From Candidatus Eiseniibacteriota bacterium (GTDB taxonomy: Bacteria > Eisenbacteria > RBG-16-71-46 > SZUA-252), in assembly GCA_003235575.1 (NCBI GenBank), contig QJVW01000115.1:12290-76289 (forward strand): a stretch of DNA of 64,000 bases, in the 5' to 3' direction. How positions within the stretch are numbered: position 1 is the first letter of the stretch; each line of letters begins with the position of its first letter. Positions 57,479-64,000 of this stretch are shown piece after piece. The notes under the pieces were generated by a model. That model searched no databases. It had not been told where the DNA came from and saw only the letters and a program-made list of their open reading frames with translations. The position numbers and the translations under genes are program-made.

Positions 57479-57675
57479 GAAGCCTCCGAGACGCTCTCGC
57501 CACTGAAAATGAAATTACCCCCGGCAGGCGAGACTGGCCGGGGGTTCGATGGACAGCAATCGAGGGAACCTGGGGGAGCGTTCGGAGATTTGAACCGAGA
57601 CGAAGAGTCACTGCATTCCACTCGTTGCTTCCGGGACTCTGGGGGGGCACGCGGTGCGATGAGCACCCTGAGCGA

Positions 57676-59370
57676 ATGTTAAGTATAGTCGTGAAACCAA
57701 GTTGTGTCAAGAGATTCCTGCACGTCGCCTCGGTTTTCGTCCTGGTCGCCGGGCTGGGAACGGGGGGTGGCGCGGGGTGCGCCGGAGCGGCGACCGAGGG
57801 GTCGGGCGGGGATTCCCTGGTCATCCTCCACACCAACGACGTCCACTCCCAATTCGACCCGCTGGAGATGGACGGGGACCGCCGCCTGGGCGGCGCGGCG
57901 GCGCGGGCCCGGATTCTGGAGCGCCAGCGGGCCCTCGGGGGCCGCGTGATCCTGCTCGACGCGGGCGACCTGGTCCAGGGCACCCCCTACTACAACACGT
58001 TCCGGGGCGAGCCCGATCACCGCCTCCTGGATCTCCTCGGCTACGACGCCATCGCGCTCGGCAATCACGACCTGGACGATGGCCCCGCCGCCTGGCGTGC
58101 GCGTGCCACGGCCACCCGAACGCCGATTCTGAGCGCCAACGTCTTCGCGGACGCCGAAAGCGCGTGGGCGGGCCCCGCCGACCCGCCGGTTCCCGCGGCC
58201 GCTCGCCGTGGCGCCCGATGGGTGGGCGGCGATCGCGTGGCGGACCGCGTGGAGGCGCGCTACCTCGCCGCGCCGTTCGTGATCCTGGAGCGCGGCGGCC
58301 TTCGCATCGCGGTCTTCGGCCTGATGACCGAAGCGCTGACCCGAATCGTGATCCCCTCCCGCAATCATGGAGTGATGGTTGGAGACCCGATCGCGGCGGC
58401 GGCGGAGTTGGTGCCGCGTCTTCGCCGGAACGCGGACGTCGTGGTCGCGCTCACGCACCTCGGCGTGGCGGACGACCGGAGGCTCGCGGAGCGGGTCGCC
58501 GGCATCGACGTGATCATCGGAGGCCACAGCCACACGCCGCTCTTCCGGCCGGCCTCGGCCCGGGGGCCCGGCGCGGCCGCGACGCCGATCGCGCAGGCCG
58601 GGTCGCGCGGCGCGTACGTGGGGCGGACCACCCTCACCTGGCAGACCCCCGACCGGATACGCTGCCGGGGACAGCTGATCGAGGTGCGACCGGAGGAAGG
58701 GGGCGACCCGAAGATCGACGCCTTTCTGGACCGATACCGTCGCGATCTCTCGAAGGGCCTGGAGGCGGTTGTGTTCCACCTTCCGCACCGGGTTTCGTCT
58801 CATGGCCTTCGCCTCGGCGAGTCGCCGCTTGGAAACTTCGTCGCCGACGTGATCCGGCTTCGAACCGGCGCGGACATCGGCGTGATGAACGCGGGCGGAA
58901 TGCGTGCATCGCTGCCGGCGGGCGACGTCACGGTCGGAGACATCATGCGGGTGCTCCCGTTCGAGAATCGTCTGGTGGTCGCTTCCATGAGCGGCACGCA
59001 GGTGCGGGCGCTGCTCGACCGGGCGGCGAGACGGATCGGCAAGGGCGGGTTCGGACACTTCTCCGGAGTCCGTTACGTCGTTCGAGGGGATCGCGCGGCG
59101 GAAATCTACGTCGGCGGAAGACCGGGAGCCGGGGGCGCGCCGCTCGACGCGAATCGGATCTACCGCATCGCGACGATCGATTTCGTCGCCGAGGGGGGGG
59201 ACGGCCTGATGCCCTCCCGGGATTCCATCCTGTTCGAGGAGACCAACACACGGCTCGACGAAGCGGCGAGCGAGTTCTTGCGGGACCACCCCGAGTACCG
59301 ATTCGAGAAGGACGGCCGCGTCGGCTGGCGGGGTGCGACGAAAGCCCTTCGCGACATGGGGGTCCGCTAG
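57676..59370 (+). CDS. Bifunctional metallophosphoesterase/5'-nucleotidase family protein (signal peptide)
   Basis: LVILHTNDVHSQ, GDLVQGTPY, GNHDLD and GGHSHT are calcineurin-like motifs. The C-terminal 5'-nucleotidase substrate domain is also present. Start at the internal MLSIVVKPS. Confidence 0.85.
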   Translation: MLSIVVKPSCVKRFLHVASVFVLVAGLGTGGGAGCAGAATEGSGGDSLVILHTNDVHSQFDPLEMDGDRRLGGAAARARILERQRALGGRVILLDAGDLVQGTPYYNTFRGEPDHRLLDLLGYDAIALGNHDLDDGPAAWRARATATRTPILSANVFADAESAWAGPADPPVPAAARRGARWVGGDRVADRVEARYLAAPFVILERGGLRIAVFGLMTEALTRIVIPSRNHGVMVGDPIAAAAELVPRLRRNADVVVALTHLGVADDRRLAERVAGIDVIIGGHSHTPLFRPASARGPGAAATPIAQAGSRGAYVGRTTLTWQTPDRIRCRGQLIEVRPEEGGDPKIDAFLDRYRRDLSKGLEAVVFHLPHRVSSHGLRLGESPLGNFVADVIRLRTGADIGVMNAGGMRASLPAGDVTVGDIMRVLPFENRLVVASMSGTQVRALLDRAARRIGKGGFGHFSGVRYVVRGDRAAEIYVGGRPGAGGAPLDANRIYRIATIDFVAEGGDGLMPSRDSILFEETNTRLDEAASEFLRDHPEYRFEKDGRVGWRGATKALRDMGVR

Positions 59371-59392
59371 CGCCGGGCGGCAGGCGCCCGCG

Positions 59393-61060
59393 TCACGGTG
59401 AGCGCCGAAGCGCGACGTCGACGCCGCGCGCGTTCGGCGGCAGGTCGATGGGCCCGATCGTCGTTGCTTCGTACCCCTCGGCGGTCACCGTGAGACGGTA
59501 GGCGCCGGGCGGCACGTTGGCGATGGCGTATCCGCCACCCGCGTCGGTGCGGGTCGTCCCGCGGGGCGGTGCGTCCCCCGGCGCCGCCCACTCCGCGCTC
59601 GCGACGTCGCCCACGCGCTCCCAGGCGACGGTCGCTCCGGCGATCACCGCGCCGCGATCGCCGTCGCGAACGATCCCTTCCACGAACGGGAACAGAATCG
59701 CCGCGCGCGCATCCACCATGCCCCACCCGTAGTCGGGCGCGGGGCGATCGGCGCGATCGGCGCTCATCGTGATCGCCTCGCGTACGGCGTCCGGGCTCCA
59801 GTGGGGGTGCGCCTGGATCACCAGCGCCGCCACGCCCGCCACCAGGGGCGCCGAGAAGGATGTGCCCCCGTTCCGCGTGTAGCCTTCCCGCCCGGCGGGA
59901 TCGACGACCAGGACTCCGGCGCCGGGCGCGACCACGTCGGGCTTCACGCGGCCGTCCCCGGTGGGGCCGCGGGAGGAGAACGCGGCCAGCCGGCCCCCGG
60001 TGTCCGTCGCCCCCGCGGCGATGACGTACGGCGCGTCGGCCGGCGCGCCGACGGAGTACGCCGCGGGACCGTAGTTCCCCGCCGCGTTCACGAGGAGAAG
60101 CCCCCGCTCCCAGGCCACGTTCGCCATGCGGGTGGTGACGGCGGTGCGGCCATCGCGCTGGCGCGCCCGATACCAGTCGTCGAACGTGATCGACGTGGTG
60201 ACGATGTCCGCGCCCATCGCTTCGACCCACTCGAGACCGGCGCACCAGAGATCCTCCTCGAACGGCTGCTCCACGTCCGTTCGCTCGGTCTTGGCGAGCA
60301 GAAAGGAGGCGCCGTAGGCCGCGCCCACCATGCGGCCGGGATCGTAGGCCGCCAGCAGGCTCAGCACCTGGGTGCCGTGATCGTGCTGGTGCGGCGGCTC
60401 CCGGGAATCGTTCCGCGTATCGTCGTCCCCCTGGACGAAGTCGTGACGCGCCCGGACATGAATCCGGCGGAACGCCTCGTGTTCGAGCGCGAATCCCGTA
60501 TCGAGGACCCCGATCACGATCCCCTCTCCGTGATAACCGAGGGCGTGCGCTTCGGGAACGCCGATGCGCGCGAGCTGCGGGTAGGAAGGGCCGGCGTCGG
60601 CGACGTCCCCTCCCTCCGGCGGCGAAGCGTCTGCCGCATTGGTGGACCCGAAACGGGCCGGCGTGGGCGAGGCGGCCGCAGGGCCCGCGCGCCGGCCCCT
60701 CGCGACGGGAAACACCTCCGCGACAAACGGCATGGACCGGATCGCGGAGAGCGTCCGCTCGGTCGCCGTCACGCTCACCGCGTTCAACCAGCGCGATTCC
60801 GTCCGGATCGCCGCGCCGGCGGCCGCGACCGCTGCTACGTATCGCGCGGAGGGCGAGCGATCCGTCGCGGCGACCGTCGGGAGCGCGGCGCGGTCGGTGG
60901 CGTCGCCGTGGTCACGGAAGAAGACCCAGTGTCGCACCGGGACGGATGCGGCGCCGTTGACCGTCGGTTCCGGAGCGGGCGATTGCGCGTCCGCGGGACA
61001 TGCCGCGAGCCACGCGGCGGCGATCGCAAGGACGATCGCGAGCGATGGTGTGCGGCGCAC
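59393..61060 (-). CDS. Subtilisin-like serine peptidase (S8 family) with signal peptide/lipobox and a C-terminal carboxypeptidase-regulatory-like domain; start probably at the internal GTG (VRRTPSLAIV)
   Basis: Catalytic triad contexts VIGVLDTGF (Asp), HGTQVLSLLAA (His) and GTSFSAPLVAGVAALV (Ser). Signal peptide LAIVLAIAAAWLAAC. C-terminal VTAEGYEATTIGPIDL. Confidence 0.85.
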   Translation of the reverse strand: MRRTPSLAIVLAIAAAWLAACPADAQSPAPEPTVNGAASVPVRHWVFFRDHGDATDRAALPTVAATDRSPSARYVAAVAAAGAAIRTESRWLNAVSVTATERTLSAIRSMPFVAEVFPVARGRRAGPAAASPTPARFGSTNAADASPPEGGDVADAGPSYPQLARIGVPEAHALGYHGEGIVIGVLDTGFALEHEAFRRIHVRARHDFVQGDDDTRNDSREPPHQHDHGTQVLSLLAAYDPGRMVGAAYGASFLLAKTERTDVEQPFEEDLWCAGLEWVEAMGADIVTTSITFDDWYRARQRDGRTAVTTRMANVAWERGLLLVNAAGNYGPAAYSVGAPADAPYVIAAGATDTGGRLAAFSSRGPTGDGRVKPDVVAPGAGVLVVDPAGREGYTRNGGTSFSAPLVAGVAALVIQAHPHWSPDAVREAITMSADRADRPAPDYGWGMVDARAAILFPFVEGIVRDGDRGAVIAGATVAWERVGDVASAEWAAPGDAPPRGTTRTDAGGGYAIANVPPGAYRLTVTAEGYEATTIGPIDLPPNARGVDVALRRSP

Positions 61061-61068
61061 CGGGAAGC

Positions 61069-62460
61069 CTAGTACGTGTACCGGACGGTGTAGGTCAGCG
61101 TCGTCTCGCCCTTGGCCGGCACGTCCAGATCGAATTCGACGTCCTCGGCGCCTTCGGCGCGAAAGTCGGACGACTTCTCCGTGATCTCCCACGTGCCGTA
61201 GATCGTCTCGGCCACGGTGACGCGTGCCTTGTCGGCACCGGTATTCCGCAGCCGGATCCGATAGCGATCCTCGGTGATGTTCCGCGCCAGGCGGGCATGG
61301 GACATCCGCGTCCGCTCGCCGGTCAGGTCGACGGCGACGCCGCAGGTAAGCCGGACCGGGGAGCCGGGCGGCGTGTGCGGGATCGCGTCCTCACCCACCA
61401 GCGTGGTCACGCCGCTGGGATCGGGGGCGAAGACGCGGACCCGCCCGGCGGGCAGCGGGATGCCGAGCGACGAGGACTTGTCGTTCTCGAAGACGACCAG
61501 CGCCTGGACCCTGGCGCCGTCCCGCGCGCCGTCGTAGCGGTAGGCGCGTCGTGCCGCGACGTCGCGCGCGTCGACGAGCGGAACTTGCAGCGAACCGTCG
61601 GCGGGAAGATCGATCCGGCCGGGGATCGCATAGAGGCGATACGCGAACAGGCCCGATGACGAAGCGGCGTTGCCGGCCGATCCGCTTCCGATCGCCGCGC
61701 CGCCGCGATCCGGGAGTCCGTCCTCCGAATGGAGATCCCCGGCGACGAGCGAAATCTTGCTCCCGGGAAACGAGACACCCGATTGATTCGAGATCGAAGC
61801 CCAACCCGAGAGCGAGAGGAAGCGGTCGTCCTTCGAGAGCGTGGCGACGTACTCCGTGCTCCAGTGGAGGCCCGCCGTCAGATACCGGAGCGTCGCGGAC
61901 CGCTCGCCGGCCTGGTCGCTGCGAACGAGCCAGCGCAGCGAGGGCGTCGCCGCCAGTCCCCACGGGTCGGAGCGGGAGGAGAACTGCATCTCCTGAATCT
62001 GCGACCGGCGCAGCATCAGGAGCGCGTCGGTGGAATCCGCCCGGCGAATGAAGATCTCGTCGCCATCGATGCCGACCAGCACCCCGCTGGTCGATCGGTT
62101 CAGCCACCGAAAGTGGATCGTATCGCCGAGAAACCGCCGGAACAGCTTTTCGCTGCTCCAGAGATCGTATCGGAAGAGTTGTTGCCGCACGTCGAGCCCG
62201 GGGCCAACCAATCGCACGGACGTCGAATCGATCCGCAGGGGTGTTCCCTCGAGGAGAACCTCGTTCTCGCCCTTCGCGAGCACGGCGCGGCGGGGCTCTC
62301 GGATCAACGCGGTGTCGTGTTGGTAGATCACGATTTCCGCAGGTCCATCCGGGCGCAACGGAATCGGGGCGGCGGTGGATTGGGACGAGCCGGCAAGGAC
62401 AAGGGGGCTCAGGAGCGCGAGGAGCAGGGCACGGCGTGGCATGCGGAACCATCGCATCGA
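61069..62460 (-). CDS. DUF4139/DUF4140 family protein (secreted; start at the internal MRWFRMPRRALLL)
   Basis: Signal peptide RALLLALLSPLVLAGSSQSTAA. Family-typical beta-rich sequence ending ...TLTYTVRYTY. Confidence 0.65.
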   Translation of the reverse strand, partial: SMRWFRMPRRALLLALLSPLVLAGSSQSTAAPIPLRPDGPAEIVIYQHDTALIREPRRAVLAKGENEVLLEGTPLRIDSTSVRLVGPGLDVRQQLFRYDLWSSEKLFRRFLGDTIHFRWLNRSTSGVLVGIDGDEIFIRRADSTDALLMLRRSQIQEMQFSSRSDPWGLAATPSLRWLVRSDQAGERSATLRYLTAGLHWSTEYVATLSKDDRFLSLSGWASISNQSGVSFPGSKISLVAGDLHSEDGLPDRGGAAIGSGSAGNAASSSGLFAYRLYAIPGRIDLPADGSLQVPLVDARDVAARRAYRYDGARDGARVQALVVFENDKSSSLGIPLPAGRVRVFAPDPSGVTTLVGEDAIPHTPPGSPVRLTCGVAVDLTGERTRMSHARLARNITEDRYRIRLRNTGADKARVTVAETIYGTWEITEKSSDFRAEGAEDVEFDLDVPAKGETTLTYTVRYTY

Positions 62461-62754
62461 ACGTTCACCTCCGCAGCGTGAAGGACTGGACAGCATGGAA
62501 GATCGACGGTACGCGGGAGTGCGCGAGGGGTCAAACATTCCGTTGACACTTCGCGGGAGGCGCGGCTACCGTTCCACGCGTCCGCAGGGGCTTTTTGGGC
62601 CTCCGTGGATGATCCGCCCGCACGGGAACATCCTCGAAATCAGGCTCGGGCTCGGCGCCCGAGCGGCAGGACGAAACGTGAGACGCAGACCGACGTTGAT
62701 GTACCCTCGATCCACCCCTATTTCCCAACTCTTCATGTGGAGGCTACGGACGCA

Positions 62755-62958
62755 ATGCGCAAGCGTGGAACCGTGAAGTGGTTCAACGAGTCCAAGGGTT
62801 TCGGATTCATCTCCCAGCCGGGGGGCGAAGACGTCTTCGTCCACTACTCGTCCATCCAGGGGGAGGGATTCAAGACCCTCGCCGAAGGCCAGACGGTGGA
62901 ATTCGAAGTCGTCGACGGGCCGAAAGGCAAGCAGGCCTCGAACGTGACGACGGTCTAA
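62755..62958 (+). CDS. Cold-shock protein (CspA family)
   Basis: [68 protein letters not shown] start, preceded by a roughly 200-nt upstream spacer. Confidence 0.92.
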   Translation: MRKRGTVKWFNESKGFGFISQPGGEDVFVHYSSIQGEGFKTLAEGQTVEFEVVDGPKGKQASNVTTV

Positions 62959-63109
62959 CCAGGCTCCGTTACAGCCACTAGACGAGCGAAGATCGACCGC
63001 CCCGGGGGTTCCCTCCGGGGCGTCTTCGCGAGATGGAGCGGCGCCGGTCCTTCGCCGCCCCCGTTCGGGTGGCGCGGAGGTTTCCCGCCCGTTATACTCC
63101 GGCGCTCGT

Positions 63110-64000
63110 ATGCCCGACGACCCGCACCAACCCGACGAACCCGAGCCTCTGCCCTTCCCGGAGCCTCCTCCGGGCGAGTCCGGCGAGTCCGACGAGTCTG
63201 GGGTTCTTCGCTTCTTGCGGCGTGCCTGGGAGCTGATCGTAGGCCCGGCGCGACGGCTCACCGATCCAGCTCTCTTCCACAAGGTTTCCCTCGCGGCCTT
63301 CCTGGCGTGGGTCGGCCTCGGCGCCGACGGTCTGTCGTCGTCGGCCTACGGACCCGAAGCCGCGTTCCTCGCGCTCGGCGAGCACGCGTTCCTGGCCATC
63401 CCGCTCGCGCTCCTCGTGGGTTTCACGGTGCTGATCATTTCGGCGTCGTATATCCGCATCATCGAGCGCTTCCCCGCCGGCGGCGGCGGGTACGTGGTGG
63501 CGTCGAAGCTGCTTGGCCCCAGCGCGGGACTGATTTCCGGGAGCGCGCTGATCATCGACTACATTCTGACGATCACCATCTCCCTCGCCGCGTGCTCGGA
63601 CTCGCTCTTCAGCCTGGCATCGCCGAACCTTCAGCCCTACAAGTTGGCGTTCACCATCGCGCTGCTCATGATCCTGACGATTCTCAACCTGCGCGGGGTC
63701 CGGGAATCGGTGACGATCATCTCGCCGATCTTCCTCATCTTCCTCCTGTCGCACGTCGGCGCCATCGTGGGGGGGATCTTCCTCAACGCGCACCGCGTGC
63801 CGACGGAGTTTCATCACCTGGCGGTGCAGTCGACGGCGGATATCCAGGTCACCGGCTGGCTCCCGCTCGCGATGATCCTGCTACGCGCCTTCACACTCGG
63901 CGGAGGAACGTTCACCGGCATCGAGGCCGTGAGCGAGGGCGTGCCGCTACTGCGCGAACCGAAGGTCGAGACCGCGAAGAAGACGATGCGCTACATGGCC
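63110..64000 (+). CDS. APC-superfamily amino-acid/cation permease, N-terminal part (gene continues past the window end)
   Basis: MPDDPHQPDEP... then TM-rich sequence with ...SSSAYGPEAAFLALGEH...GGGGYVVASKLLGP...IIDYILTITISLAACSD...GIEAVSEGVPLLREPKV, matching APC transporter signatures (a G-rich first TM, the GIEAVSEG motif). Confidence 0.8.
   Translation, partial: MPDDPHQPDEPEPLPFPEPPPGESGESDESGVLRFLRRAWELIVGPARRLTDPALFHKVSLAAFLAWVGLGADGLSSSAYGPEAAFLALGEHAFLAIPLALLVGFTVLIISASYIRIIERFPAGGGGYVVASKLLGPSAGLISGSALIIDYILTITISLAACSDSLFSLASPNLQPYKLAFTIALLMILTILNLRGVRESVTIISPIFLIFLLSHVGAIVGGIFLNAHRVPTEFHHLAVQSTADIQVTGWLPLAMILLRAFTLGGGTFTGIEAVSEGVPLLREPKVETAKKTMRYMA

Overview
This 64 kb window is a high-GC (roughly 68-70 % by eye), densely coding bacterial chromosomal segment. 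The organism is probably Gram-negative, given an outer-membrane beta-barrel gene and lipoprotein-type signal peptides. The six-frame track lists GTG and TTG starts as M, and many long Arg/Gly/Pro/Ala-rich antisense ORFs are high-GC artefacts that I rejected. Coordinates I derived myself (hairpins, internal starts, tRNA) may be off by 1-2 nt.

Housekeeping blocks: rho-rpmE-DUF1385-prfA-prmC on the minus strand; priA; tsaD; a complete F1Fo ATP synthase operon (atpZ-atpI/atpB-atpE-F-H-A-G-D-C) on the minus strand; guaB; a tRNA with anticodon CAT immediately upstream of tilS-ftsH-folP-cdaA; a GT2 glycosyltransferase; an M16 peptidase; two cold-shock genes; a 5'-nucleotidase; an S8 peptidase; a DUF4139 gene; and a partial APC permease.

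Between these lies a signalling island that occupies about half the window:
- A four-gene minus-strand operon, 8536-14955: REC-GGDEF(GGDDF), two tandem paralogous GAF-histidine kinase-GAF-HD-GYP proteins, and a lone REC.
- An ECF sigma factor with a zinc-finger anti-sigma factor, 25040-27063.
- A canonical plus-strand che operon, 27212-36202: cheA (two CheW domains)-cheW-mcp-cheY-cheB-cheR-cheX, ending in a secreted FG-GAP beta-propeller protein.
- A convergent minus-strand non-canonical Che-like cluster, 36293-43505: CheW-like, a short MCP-like protein, a CheA paralog that has lost its phospho-His and ATP-binding motifs but keeps its CheW domain, STAS-GAF-HD-GYP, and REC-GAF-HD-GYP. This is the most unusual system in the window.

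Other points of note are a perfect 30-bp inverted repeat between priA and the REC gene, and an atpI-atpB ORF that is read in frame without an intervening stop. I saw no CRISPR array, IS element, transposase, integrase or rRNA.
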